Positions 1 through 13,199 of a stretch of DNA of 64,000 bases are shown in pieces. How positions within the stretch are numbered: position 1 is the stretch's first letter; each line of letters begins with the position of its first letter. The stretch is from Stegostoma tigrinum (taxonomy: Eukaryota), in contig NC_081362.1 of assembly GCF_030684315.1 (NCBI RefSeq), positions 74,419,018 through 74,483,017 on the forward strand, given 5' to 3'. A model generated the notes under the pieces. It was not told the DNA's origin. It did not search any database and saw nothing but the letters and a program-made list of their open reading frames with translations. The translations under genes and the position numbers were made by a program.

Positions 1-992
1 TACCACCCCACCAACCTCCGAATCCAACGCATCATCCTCCGACACGTCCACCGTCTGCAATCCGACCACACCACCAAAGATATTTTTCCATCCCCACCCT
101 TGTCTGCTTTGCGGAGGGACCACTCTCTCTGTGACTCCCTTATCTGCTCCACACTCCTCTCCACACCCAGCACTTTCCCCTGCAACTGCAGGAAGTGCTA
201 CACTTGCCCCTATACCTCCTCCCTCACCCCCATCTCAGGCCACAAGAAGACTTTCCATATCAAGCAGATGTTCACCTGCACATCTGCCAATGTGGTATAT
301 TGCATTTGCTGTACCGTTGTGGGCCTCCTCTATATTGGCGAAACCAAGTGGAGGCTTGGGGACTGCTTTGCAGAACACCAATGCTGGGTTCGCAATAAAC
401 AATTGTACCTCCCAGTCGCGAACCATTTCAACTCCCCCTTCCATTCCTCAAATGACATGTCCATCCTGGGCCTCCTGCAGTGCCACAACGATGCCACCCG
501 AAGGTTGCTGGAACAGCAACTCATATTCTGCTTGGCAATCCTGCAGCCCGACGGTATCAATGTGGACTTCACAAGCTTCAAAATCTCCCCTACTGCATCC
601 CAAAACCAGCCCAGCTGGCCCCCGCCTCCCTAACCTGTTCTTTGTCTCACATAGCCCTTCCTCCCACCTCAAGCTGCACCCCCATTTCCTACCTACTAAC
701 CTCATCCCGCCCCCTTGACCTGTCCGTCCTCCCCAGACTGACCTATCCCCTCCCTACCTCCCCACCTACACTCACCTCTACAGGCTGTGTCCCCGCCTCT
801 TTAACTTGTCTGTCTCCTCTACACCTATCTTCTCCTCTATCCATCTTCAATCCGCCTCCCCCTCTCTCCCTATTTATTTCAGAACCTTCTCCCCCTCCCT
901 TTTCTGATGAAGAGTCTAGGAAATGTCAGCTTTTGAGCTCCTAAGGTGCTGCTTGGCCTGCTGTGTTTACCCAGCTCCACACTTTGTTGTCT
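1..992 (+). mobile_element. Penelope-like retroelement (Neptune-type) 3' portion: linker, GIY-YIG endonuclease and pLTR tail; continues upstream of the window
   Basis: ORF 100..633 has the PCNCRKCYTC Cys-linker and the VVYCICC..LYIGETKWRLGDCFAEH GIY-YIG motif. It is followed by a pyrimidine-rich segment, a deleted hammerhead-like core (ctgatgaagagtctaggaaatgtc, ~904-928) and a tail ending actttgttgtct. Confidence 0.9.
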
Positions 993-1189
993 CTTCCTGT
1001 TTTATTGCTGCTTTTAAGAGCAACGTCGTGTTTGTACAATTTTGTGGAAGTTTACAATATCTTTTCCTTCAATTTTGGTAGCAGTTCTCCTCTGCTATTC
1101 AATTAGATCATAGCTGATGTAATTATCTTTTGAATTACACATATCAAATAACCCTTGATAACCTTTGGCTCTCTTACCTCACAAGAACT

Positions 1190-1980
1190 TATCACCACCT
1201 CACAAATATTCAATGACCTGCTGAGGCAGAGAATTCCAATAGTACATAATTCTCATCTCTTTCCTAAAAGGACAAGCGCTTGTAAACAGTGCCTCCTTGT
1301 TCTAGGCTCAGCCCCAAGGAAAAACATACTTTCCATATCCACCTTGTCAAGACTGTTTACCCTTATACATTTCAATCCAGTCTCTCTTTAGTCTTCTAAA
1401 TTTCAGTTGAAACAAGCCCATCCTGTATAACCTATCCTCATAAGACAACCCACTTATTCCAGGTATCAATCTAGTAAACCTCCTCTGAACTATCTCCAGT
1501 GCATTAACATTTTATCTTCAAGAAGGAGACCAAAACCGCACATGGTATTCAAGATACAACGTCACCAATGCTTTAAGTGCAACATCCTAACTTTTATATT
1601 CAATCCCTCTTGTTATAATAATAAAATTTCTACAGTTTATTTAATTATATCCTGTACCTGCTTACTAACTTCTTGTGACTTATGTACTGGGACACATGGG
1701 TTCCTTTGCATCTCAGAATTTTACAACTAATGAGTCTGACGCTCTCTCCACGGACGACATCAAAAATCCTGTTTTCTGCCTTCCTTCTTTCTCGAATTGA
1801 AGAGTTACATTTACTACTTTATAGTTGGATGGAACCTTTCCAGAAACTAGCAAATTTTGGAAAACTGAAGCCAACGCACCTATTATCTCACTAGGCACCT
1901 TTTTGAATATCCTAGGATGAAGTCCATCAAAACCCAGGGACTTGTCAGCCTGTAGCTTCATCTGTTTGTTCAGTAACACT
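1190..1980 (-). mobile_element. Degenerate CR1 LINE ORF2 fragments
   Basis: ORF 1713..1994 GFDGLHPRIFKKV...FQNLLVSGKVPSNYKVVNVT resembles the CR1 RT N-terminus (compare SPGPDQICPRLLWE...VPEDWREANVIP at 18643..20412). 1190-1560 resembles the CR1 ORF2 3' end. Boundaries approximate. Confidence 0.6.
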
Positions 1981-4407
1981 TTGCTAATGATCATAATTTC
2001 ACCAGATCAGTGGTAGCAAACCTGCTTCACACATGTGTCAGGAGAACAACTTCATTTTAAACTATTAGCCTGATACATGGAAATGATTATTTGTCATCTC
2101 TACTTTCCATATTATGATCATTCATTTCTAAATTGCAGAAGTACTACAACTACTGCACTGATAGTATCGAACTAGTGTAAATATATTCACTATATCATTT
2201 GCATGTTATCCACTTTTCAATTAAATTAGGAAGGGATATACCAGTGGTGTGTAAGCAGAAAATATTAATTTGGCCCAATGAAATATAAATTAAACCCAAC
2301 TATGCTCCTGTTTTATGTTCATATGTTTGTTGATGCAGCAATTCATTTGCTATCAAATTAGCAATGAAATATGCTTGTAACACATACTTTCAACTGTTTC
2401 CAGAAATGTGTATTTCTTCCATTGCAATTTAGTAGGGAGAATACTAATCAATATGGCTCAGCCTATCAAGGTCAGAAATTTTTAGGTATATAGTAATGGG
2501 GTTAACTGCACTTAAACCAATCTCCTATTAAATTAAATCTTAAGAGATAATTTCCTTTCCTCAATGACCCATCTGCAAACATTAATGATTAACACAAATG
2601 TTGCTGAAAGACAAGAGGATATATTACAAGAAAGCTCTAGATTCATGGATTGGTGTGTTGATAATATATGAACCAGATAGTACTGATGACATGGAGGTTT
2701 ATTGGGAAAATTAGTCTCAAATGAACATATCGTTGATTTTGTGAGACAGTAGGGCATATTGTTCGGGCCATGAGCAGATACAAAGAAGAAATGTGTGGCG
2801 GGAAATATACATGTGCAGAACGATGAGTTTGGATATAGCCAAGTTTGCATGTCACTATGTTTTTTAAGCTGCTGAGCCGTCAGCATTGGTTAGCTCCTTG
2901 TACCAGAACCAGAGAAAGACATGGCAGGAAATTAGACAAAGCATTTCTTTGAGGTCTACTGACAAAGAATGATGAGAACATTTAAGGAAGTGTTGTTACT
3001 TAAAGATAAGTGATTACATAGAGGACAGAAGTTGTGTTAACTTGTAAGTAAGTTGGAAGTGGTTGAATAATAGCTTAAGCTGTTCCAAAAGGTTAGCTGT
3101 GAAGAAACAGTCTGCTAATTATCAATGGCTTGGATGCAAATTTGGAACTGGAAATTGGTCTTCTGGATCGTTGGGCAACCCTTGCTGACAAAATAAAGAG
3201 AGTAATTAATGAGGTGCATTTTACCACTGCAGATCACTATCCCGAGAGGATGTTAGGAAGCATGCTTGAAAGGAGGGGCTGGGGATTGCGCTCAATCCTG
3301 AATACAGGACATAAAGATCCTGGAACATGAACTCGGTTGCTGTGGCTGTATATAGCATTATATCTCATTAGTTTCTGACCATGGGTAAATACAGAGAACA
3401 TATTGCAACTGAACTTACAACTTAATGATCAGCTTCACATTTGGCATATCTAACAATTTACATTTGTTATTTCAATTTATAACATGGCTTGTCTAATTTT
3501 CTGCTTCTCCAATAAAACCCCACTTAATATAAATAAGATGTCAAGTGGAGGATGGCCGTGAAATTACAAGCCTTTAACTGTCTTGGAATAGGCTATCTGT
3601 GACATCTTTGTTTATGAGAGCATTGATGAGAGTTAAAGCACAATCCTCTCCAAACTACCCAGTTCTTAAATCTTGTCCTTTTTCCAATGATTCACATATA
3701 ATACTTTTCTGTTGTAAGTTGTATCTTCAGGAGAACATTGTAATATTGTTAAGCCTAACAGAGTAAACTGTCAAGTTTGTGAAAGTGGAAGTATAGCTAC
3801 ACATTTATCCTCAGGTAGGAATGAAAAGTAATGAAAGAGCAAATGCTGATTGGAAAAGAGAAGTGATTTCTGCTGGTTGTCATCAAGAATTAATTGATTA
3901 CCCTGAACCAAAACTTGAATTCACAAGGGACCTTACACGTTCTGAGGGTGTACCAAGGTGATTTATGACCATTGAAATACTTTTTAAGTGTAGTCACTTA
4001 CAGTGTACTTTGGGCAAGACAATAACATCATCAACTATTTCTGTTGCTGTGCAGCAGGGGGAAGATAAAGTAGTTGGTTCACTGCTGAACCATTTTTTAC
4101 CATGCATCTGTGGACATAATGCCAGCTGACAGTGCTGATGATGATGATACTGTCAGCCGAGAAAGAGACAGAGACAAATCGCCCTCCAGAACAAAGTAGT
4201 CTGATTATCAGTACCCCACTGTCATCTTCAAGATTCCCTCCCCATATCATTCAATCTCTTTGTCACTGGCACTCAGTAACAGCAGTATGCACCATCTGTG
4301 AAATGCCTTGCGGCAATTTGTCAAACCACATTGGACAGCATCGTCCACACCAATGATTTCTATCACCTAGAAGGACATTGGCAGCATACACATAGAAACA
4401 CCACCTT

Positions 4408-4580
4408 GGTACAATTACAACATTTAAAAGGTTTCTGGATGGGTATATGAATAGGAAGGGTTGAGTGGGATATGGGCCAAATGTTAGCAAATGGGAGTAC
4501 ATTTACTGAGCATATCTGGTTGGCATGGACAAGTTGGACTGAAGGGTCTCTTTCTATGCTGTATATCTACAACTCCATGA
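4408..4580 (+). mobile_element. CR1 LINE 3' terminal fragment
   Basis: ggtacaattacaacatttaaaagg...ggatgggtatatgaataggaaggg...gggatatgggccaaat...ggactgaagggtct; a closely related copy lies reversed at 41485-41715. Confidence 0.6.
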
Positions 4581-7500
4581 CTTCTGCTAGCTGCCACCAT
4601 ACACCAAGCTGAGTTGTAACAATGTTATGGGACAAAGTCCTGGAACTCCCAAAAAGTACTACAGATCAGGCAATCAGAGATGGACAACAATGCTCACAAT
4701 GCAGAAGAGAAAGGTAACAGTTGAGTACAGTAGTGTCAGCAACTATAAAAGTTGAAAGGATCTTTGTGTAACACACAACACAACATTGCATAGCATCCCT
4801 AGTAAAACTGTTACCATTGCTCCAGCCAATTCACCTAAGTCCATTTCTTTTTGGGGTACTTGGAGAGTTATGAGAGTGATAACGCTTTCTATTCTGATAG
4901 AATTTGCTTTATTTTATTTTCTCCTCCCCCTAGACACCAAAAATGTCTTTTTTCTTACAGTGGTTGTCCCTTTCTTAGAAACCCTTAACTCCCATTCTTG
5001 TTGCAGAAATCATAAATATAGCATTGTTACAAATATGGATCAGCTAAAAAATCATCTTTGATTCGGGATTAACAGTCAGTCCCACAGACAGTCTGAGTGT
5101 CTTGCTTTTATCAGGCTACCTTCTATTTGCTTAAAAGATAGCAGAACAACAAGATCTCATTTTGATTTGAAAAGGATACATGTGCCTTTTGCAATATTTC
5201 TTCAATTGTTTTGCAAGTGGAGCAGATTAACACTCTACATGAAAAGGCTTAGTTGAATTGTTAAGCCATGTCACTCCACAGTAGGTGAATATATACTGTG
5301 GTAATAATCAGATTTGCCTGATCGAATCAATACAGTTTATCTCTGTGAAATAACATGACAATAATGGGCTCATTGTGTAGCATTTGCTTTACTTAAACAG
5401 GCAAGCATCTCTGCATTCTATCCCAACAACTCCTAGCCCTCTGGATTCATGGCTTCTGCAAACCTCTAAAGTCTAGCTGTCAATGTAGTGTTCCACGTCC
5501 AAAGCCAGGAGCCTTTTCAGATGTCTAACATGCTTCATTTCCAAATGCACACAATCAAAAAGAGATCAAATACTTCCCAACATAATGAGTTTAACATGTT
5601 TGTCAGTGAAGCTAACAAAATACTTATTTGTAGTCTATAAGGAAATAATTTCAACGTTAGCACATGTCTCAGATATTTTTATTTCACTGAGGGTAATACA
5701 ATATTTTGAAATGCTGAGGGTGGAATCTTATAAGGATTTGAGTGATGTGGCCTATGGCAAGAGTTTTAGCAGAATCAAATGAAATTCCTGGTGAGGCTGT
5801 GCTTAACATCTTGAGCATCCCACTCTCATTGCTATGTCATCTTTTCTCAATATCGAGCTTGCTGAATATTAATCAGGCAAGTTGTGCCATCAACAAGTCC
5901 TTTAACAAACAATAATGTGTCTCAATTGGCAAGTCATCGCTGTCAAGTGAGAAATTTGTCACGCTCACCACCGCCTCCCATGTGCCTTGTCTGAGGCAAA
6001 TGTCAGGAACTGTGCAGAGCAGCCCTGGACTGTCAGTTCTTGCCTGAGTGCATAGGCGGAAAGGATACCAATGGATCCAGGATATCTGCTGAGTGGTTCA
6101 ATCCTCCTACAACAGTGCATGGTATGATTGAGCAATGAGGGATGTTATTGGTGGTAGGGTACGGTCGTTAATGAAGTGAGCTTGGTAAAATATGAAGAGA
6201 AAACTTGTTTCGTGTCATCGCTGAAGTCCTTCTTAAAAAACACCTGACAAACTCAGATAAAAAATAGATTCAGTTCAGAATAGTTCTTTTAACTTTTCTG
6301 TAAATAAAAATTATAAAGAAAAATTAAAATTAATCATGGGTCCCTGTAGGAAGACCCATTGTTACAATACTTCAGGACCAAACCAAAATATGATCATCAT
6401 GGAACCTGTCGTGCTAAACTTTTCTATTAATTTATTGAGTCAAAGGATTTTGTTTTACAAAAATTGTACAGAGAACAAAGAAAGTTTCCTATTAAAGCAA
6501 CGTTCTATCTTCCTATGTCTTTACATCAAATCATAGCTGCTACAATGGCTTACCCGTTCTGAACACCTGTTTCACATGGCTGTCAGTCAGAGCAGACCAG
6601 AAAGTGGGCTTTAGGCCTAAATTTGATGAGCCATGATCTTATTGAATGGTAGTGAAGGTTTGAAGAGCCATATCACCTACCCCGCTCTTAAGTCCTATGT
6701 TCCTATTATATTGGAAGTTTGGAAAGTAGTGTGGCCTTTTCCTTCCTTTAAATATATTGCAATGACACAGCTATTTCTGGAAATAACTACTTGCACTGTG
6801 TATAATGATCAGCAGAAATGCTCATAGGTTCTTTATGAATGAATGTCAAGCACGATTGACTTCTACCCATGTTCCTCTTAGTAACTGTGCATGCTACCTG
6901 AAAATCACCCTGAATCTCTTATCAATTAAGAATCTATTGCTGTGACTAATAGGTTATTTTAATATGTTGTATGTACATGTATGTGGTGATTTTTGCATTA
7001 ATTTGTAAACTTGATTTCAAAATTGGTAAATGAGATTGAAATTTTCAAAAGAATGCACAGCTTCTTGATTTCCTAAAGTTATTACCCAGATTACCTTTTT
7101 GATCCCAGTTGATGATACTACCAGGCAAGTCAGATCCCTAGATCATTTGAAAAAAAACATGGTTGTCATCACTGAAACAAGAGCACACAATGTTGTAGAT
7201 TTTCTTTAATGATGGAACAAAAACTTATTGCACAACGAAATGAATTTTAAAAAGAAGCAATCAAAATATAGAACATGATTTGAAAAATCTTAAAATCCAC
7301 AGAAAAACAAAGTCTTCAACCTATTTGTGAATGCTATCACGTCATTGGTTCACATCTAGAGAAAGTACCCTTGTGCCTCAAATCTTCAAGTTTGACTCAA
7401 CTGATTCTTCCCTGTTCTTTTCTGTGAACTGTGAAGTCTTCTCTCAAGAGTACCCATAGAACTGAACGCACAGATGTTCTCAGTCTTTCAGTTATTTGCA

Positions 7501-8198
7501 GATTTCTAACCAAACATTTCTATATCTAGATGTACAAACTCAACTTCTACCCAGGTTACTTATTCCCTTAACTGTCCTATACTTCTTTCAAGCACAGAAA
7601 GTACGCTGTGCTTCAGACCCCAGACAAATCTCTTCCAACACAACTCAAAAACCTCCAGCCTCTGGGCTTTTTCTTAGCCAAAATCAAGTCTTGATTATCC
7701 TGAACCAAAAATAAGCTAATTTCCCTCAATATTTACATGCCCTATCATAAACCCAACTCACTTCCATTAACAGTCTAGGGGTCCCTAATCTCTGTCACGT
7801 TATGGATTAGATCAATGTTCCAGAGCTAGTTATTTTTAAAACCCTTTTAAAAAGTAACCAACAACCATATGCCACTATTTTGCAATCCAAACTCTAAAAA
7901 ATTATCATACATCTTTGATCATGGTACTCAATGTTATTTATTAACATCATCCCATTTTTGTATAAACTCGGCCATTAAAAGTCTGTTTCCATAATACAAT
8001 GACCAAGGGCAAGATATTTTTCTTTATTGATCATTTATTCTAGCTGTCAGTTGTTCTGCCCCTCAGTTTGATTTACAATACATCAAACTTTCCAACAATT
8101 TTGGATATATGTTGTTTTACAAAATATTTCCATTGTGGTAATTCTTGCATTCTGTCGAAGGTGGCATGTTGTAAGACACAATAAACTGATTAGCACCT

Positions 8199-8302
8199 GA
8201 ACATAGAACATAGAACAGTACAGCACAGAACAGGCCCTTCAACCCACGATGTTGTGGCGACCATTGATCCTCATGTATGCACCCTCAAATTTCTGTGACC
8301 AT
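8199..8302 (-). mobile_element. CR1 LINE extreme 3' end with (ATAGAAC)n-type tail
   Basis: Nearly identical to 18557-18660 (atagaacatagaacagtacagcacagaacaggcccttc...caccctcaaatttctgtgaccat). Confidence 0.85.
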
Positions 8303-8611
8303 TTCTGAAAGTGGTCACAATTCACATTGTGTGCAGTCAAGTAATGCAGCAAAAGAGAGCAGCCTGAAAGTTGTCTTAACTCAGTTCTCAGTACATATCA
8401 TCATGAACTGTGGCTCTACTCAAGCTGATCTTGTCAGAAGCTGATCAGTTTTGGTTGGATCAAATGTCGGCCAAGTCACTAAGGTGCTTTTGGTGCTCTC
8501 TGTTCCAAATTAAACCATTACTTTTCTAAAATAACTGGTCCTTTTAATGCCTGAAGTCGTGCTTGTGAAAGTAATCTGAGTTTGCAGCAATGTAGGTTCA
8601 TCTTGTTTTAA

Positions 8612-8809
8612 AGATAGTGGGGACTGCAGATGCTGGAGATTCCAAGATAATAAAATGTGAGGCTGGATGAACACAGCAGGCCCAGCAGCATCTCAGGAGC
8701 ACAAAAGCTGACGTTTCGGGCCTAGATGAAGGGTCTAGGCCCGAAACGTCAGCTTTTGTGCTCCTGAGATGCTGCTTGGCCTGCTGTGTTCATCCAGCCT
8801 CACATTTTA
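8612..8809. mobile_element. Foldback mini-PLE A: inverted pLTR tails centred on a hammerhead-like motif, 14-bp TSD
   Basis: Inverted arms 8650-8726 and 8734-8810 (77 bp, 1 mismatch). Direct repeat tcatcttgttttaa at 8598-8611 and 8810-8823. Arm sequence matches the PLE tails at 12913-13041 and 23432-23557. Confidence 0.9.
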
Positions 8810-9445
8810 TCATCTTGTTTTAACTTGTTTTTGATCTGGTCCGGTAAAAAGTTCAGAGTTGCACATATTTCATGTGACCACAATTAGCATGTAAAAATGG
8901 CTCAGTAAATACAACAGCAAATCAGTGGAAATTTGTCATTGTTACTCCCATTTTATACTTGCAGGTGAAATAGGAAAGCAGAGTAGTGATACCATGTAAC
9001 AGAAATATGTTTTCCTGTTGCCTAAGGTCAAGTTGTCTAAAACTTGGTGCACCCCATTAAAGTATCAATGTATTTTTAATTATAAGCACATCATTTGATT
9101 GATTCAAAACTAACTGCTTTGGTGAAGGAGATTTATAGATTGACAGCAGTTTGTAACTTCCAATTACAAGTTAGAGAGAATCAGGGTTTTAAAGAGAATA
9201 TTTTTAAGGTAGTAAAACCACTGGTGGAGAAGTGCTAACTGTTCAGTTGTGATTTGGTGCTGTTTTATAAATATGTGAATCTGGTGCAAGTATGGCAAAG
9301 AGTTCATACGATTAACACCTATGGCTGATTGCAGTAGGCGCAAGACTGTTATATAGGTACATTAGGTTTAGGATGGCCTGGTGTCTTCAACTAGTTAGTA
9401 ACCAGGAAGATTCGCATCCTAGCTTTGATGCAATGAATATAGATC

Positions 9446-9508
9446 GCTTTTGTGCTCCTAAGATGCTGCTTGGCCTGCTGTGTTAATCCAGCTCCACACT
9501 TTGTTATC
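9446..9508 (+). mobile_element. Short PLE pLTR tail fragment
   Basis: gcttttgtgctcctaagatgctgcttggcctgctgtgttaatccagctccacactttgttatc matches the PLE tail. Confidence 0.8.
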
Positions 9509-11111
9509 CCACTCTGAAGTGTCAGCTTTCACCTAGATCATTTGATAGGTCAAGATTGTTAGGATTATATATTATGTTAATAAACATTGATCAAAAGATT
9601 ACATTTTTGTAACAGTTTAGCATTTCTGTGCACTTCCATTTTTTGATAGGGTAAAAATCTGAAGGCCAGGTATTTTTACCCTGGATTATAGCTTGAGAAG
9701 CAACTAAAGCCGGGAGAAATTATGTTAGAAAAGTAAAATGCCACTGTCTGTCCAAAATATAACAACTGATTAACTTGTTATATGACCACTAAGATATTTA
9801 AATAAATTCTTTAGCTGAATAGAGTTTGTTCTATTTTTGAAACTGTGATACTCATTTTGATGTATTTGTGGCACTTCTAGAGAAGTAGCTACTGCTTTCT
9901 TCTTAACAAAATTAAAGATGTTACAATATTTTACTGATGGAACTTTAAGTAAATGTATATGAATGCAGAACTATTTTATTCTTACACGTCGTCTTAAAAT
10001 GATTGCAGACGTTGTACTAAGATAGACTTCAACTTTATTTTTTAACATGTACAGCTGTAGATGAATCCACTTACAACATGATTACAGTCGAGGGCACACC
10101 CATTTAAAAAGTCATCTATTCAGAACAACCTGTTAGAATTATGCATTCTGAATACTGGCTTGCATTGTGTGATTAATTCCTAATCCCTTTAACAATGGTT
10201 GAAATAGAAACTTCAGATAAATTGTTTTGTTCTTTTCCTTAAGAAAAATAAATATCTTTGAATTATTTGCTTTTGTTGCTGTTTATTGAAACTCCATTTA
10301 CACAAACATGCATTGAGGCTCCACAAAACTACACTTCTTTATGATTGTAGAGATCATTCCCAACCTAAACAAGGCTAACAACTTTTACTGAATGGGGTAA
10401 ACCTCTCTTTTTGCTCAAAGAAGTGTGTCCCATTTCACTCCTACAATGAGTGTCCTTTTGTAATTTAAAATGGGTTTTCAAACCATATTCTTTTGATTAT
10501 AAGCATAAATCTCATTTTCTTGAATGTGACTTCTCAGTATGACGAGATATTTCAGACAGCTGTGATTATAGCAGTGGATTTTGACACTAGGAATATAGGG
10601 AAAGAAGTAGAGTCCTTAAAACATGCTTTATTACTCAATTATATCATGGCTGATGTGTAACTCATTTTCCATTGGTACATTTAGTTAACAAAAATCCATC
10701 GATTGCAGTCTTGAGAATTTGAACTGACCTATTACTTTGAGAGAGCAGATTCCAGACTTCCGTTTTGGAGGTAAAAAGTGTGAATTTATTTCATTGTTAA
10801 ATACCCAAGATCTAATTTTAAAGCAATGCCCTCTTGCTCTGGCTTTCCACACAAATGTTGTAGCTTATTTTTTCCATCTCTGTTGAACTTAATTTATCAT
10901 TTTAAATACCTTGATTTGATCAACCCTCAAACCTTTGAACTCAGAGCATACGAGGCAGACTATGCGAACTCTCTTCCAAATTTAACCCTTCAGCACTGGA
11001 TTACTGCTGTTCCATGGAAATACACAGGCAAGCTACGGACAATTTTCAGCCCTGAGTTCATGAAACAAATTATAACCAGAACAAAGTTGACGTTGCTTTC
11101 TGAACAATTGT

Positions 11112-11438
11112 GGGTGGCATGGTGGATCGCAGCAACAGGGATCCAGCTTTGATTCTATTCTTAGGTGACTGTCTTGTGGAGTTTGCGCATTCTGCCTGTG
11201 TCTGTGTGAGTTTTCTCTGGTGCTCTGGTTTCCTCCCACAATCTGAAGATAGCAGGTTAGGTGGATTGGCCATGCTAAATTGTCCATAGTGTCCAGGGAT
11301 GTGCAGGCTTGACGGGTTAACCATGGGAAAATGCAGGGTCAGGGAGGGGGTGGGGTGGTGGAGGTCGGTTGCTCTTCGGAGATTCAGTATGACCCAATGG
11401 ACTGAATGACCTGCTTCCAAACTGTAGGTATTCTATGA
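11112..11438 (+). mobile_element. tRNA-derived V-SINE (HE1-like), degenerate head
   Basis: Central domain tgtggagtttgcgcattctgcctgtgtctg...tgctctggtttcctcccaca and 3' end ctgtaggtattctatga are shared with the other SINE copies in the window. Confidence 0.8.
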
Positions 11439-12472
11439 ATTTTGCATTCAAAAACAAGTGGTACATGTAACTGGTTTAAAGAACTCAAGATAAATGACTT
11501 GGTTGATTTACTATTTGGCATTGAAGAGCCAATTTAATGCATTTACTGGTAATCATTTGAGACATTAAGCCTTTGAGTCACTGCAGTGTTAAAACACAAA
11601 GAAGCAAAAAAAATGAAGTATTCAGAATTTTAACTACTAATCAGATAAAATGAAGAAAATGGAGCAAAGTAAGCACCCCCTTTTAGAATGCACTATCAGT
11701 AAGTTACAACTTGTAGCATTTTTTTTCATAGTGCCAGTGTTTCAGTGAGATGCTAAGTATGGCATAAGATTGTCACCTTGTCCACAACTGAAAAAAAATT
11801 AATGTGTTGAAAATTGCCTGGGATTAGACCAGCAGCAGTTACAGAACAAAATTGATAGGGTCTTCGTACAGTAGGCTGCTTGATCAATGAGTTAACTAAT
11901 ATATGGTGGAAGGGAACCAAACTATTGAGCAGACTGCCATATAAAAATGAAATCTCCATCTCCCTCTTTTATTCTTTTGGCTCAGCTTCAGGGATTTCGT
12001 ATGATGTAAAAGATAATGGTAGTGAAACTTAACCTGTGGGCATAGGCATCAGTCTCAATACAGATGCTGAGGCCTGAAGAACCTGGATGATTGCAGCTTG
12101 AACCAGCAGGAACTCAATGGAATGAATGGCATCCTTCTATGTTAACCTCATTAACAATGAAGACGGCAATATGGGAGGAGGCAACAAAAGGTAAGTGCTG
12201 CAAGTTTGGAATCTGTAAATGATCAGGTGCTTACAAGATGGATTATGAGGGTTGGGGAGCAAATAAGTAGGACCCTGTGGGGAGAGAACAGGGAATTGTA
12301 GCCATGAAAATTGGAGCCTGAATGTTAGAGTAGTACAGAGAGATGAAGTTGCAGTATAAATGGGCTGCAGGAAGGGTTATTTTGGGGTAGGGCCAGTTCT
12401 GAAAGTCAGCCATCTGAGGATTGGGAGATGTCATGATCAGGACAGCGACTGTGATGAATACCTGATGTGTTT

Positions 12473-13041
12473 TCCACCCCCTCCCATTCTTTAGACGAGT
12501 TGTCCATCATGGGCCTCCTGCAGTGCCACAATGATGCCACCCGAAGGATGCAGGAACAGCAACTCATATTCCGCTTGGGAACCCTGCAGCCCAATGGTAT
12601 CAATGTGGACTTCACAAGCTTCAAAATCTCCCCCACCGCATCCCAAAACCAGCCCAGCCTGTCTCCACCTCCCTAACCTGTTCTTCCTCTCACCCATCCC
12701 TTCCTCCCACCCCAAGCCTACCTACTACCTCCATTTCCTACCTACTACCCTCATCCCACCTCCTTGACCTGTCTGTCTTCCCTGGACTGACCTATCCCCT
12801 CACTACCTCCTCACCTATACTCTCCTCTCCACCTATCTTCTTTTCTCTCTATCTTCGGTCCACCTCCCCCTCTCTCCCTATTTATTCCAGTTCCCTCTCC
12901 CCATCCCCCTCTCTGATGAAGGGTCCAGGCCCGAAACGGCAGCTTTTGTGCTCCTGAGATGCTGCTGGGCCTGCTGTGTTCATCCAGCTCCACACTTTGT
13001 TATCTTGGATTCTCCAGCATCTACAGTTCCTATTATCTCTT
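12473..13041 (+). mobile_element. 5'-truncated Penelope-like element (EN C-terminus + pLTR tail), 15-bp TSD
   Basis: Encodes SIMGLLQCHNDATRRMQEQQLIFRLGTLQPNGINVDF. Hammerhead-like core at 12913-12940. Perfect direct repeat atacctgatgtgttt at 12458-12472 and 13042-13056. Confidence 0.9.
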
Positions 13042-13199
13042 ATACCTGATGTGTTTGTTGTTTTTCATTCGAGCACTTGCGTCTGCATGGATAAGACAAG
13101 TCTCTGAATTGTCCTTGGGCAATATGGCAGTTTGTGCACTTCTTGCTGGTGTTATGCATAATAAATGATTTTATGCTTCACTACAGACTTGTGACTTGA

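Noticed and set aside
8650-8810. Foldback elements interpreted as DNA-transposon MITEs or miRNA precursors
   Set aside because: The arms are PLE pLTR sequence, the ends are asymmetric, and the 14-15 bp TSDs match those of the RT-encoding PLE copies.
8950-9000. Acceptor-like ttttatacttgcag followed by a short frame (EIGKQSSDTM*) and AT-rich UTR-like DNA
   Set aside because: Too short to assign and no upstream partner exon identified.
11960-12196. Plus-strand exon-like segment (pyrimidine tract + cag ... AAAG|gtaagt)
   Set aside because: Stops in all three frames from the first acceptor and no recognisable protein; could be a non-coding exon but there is no support.
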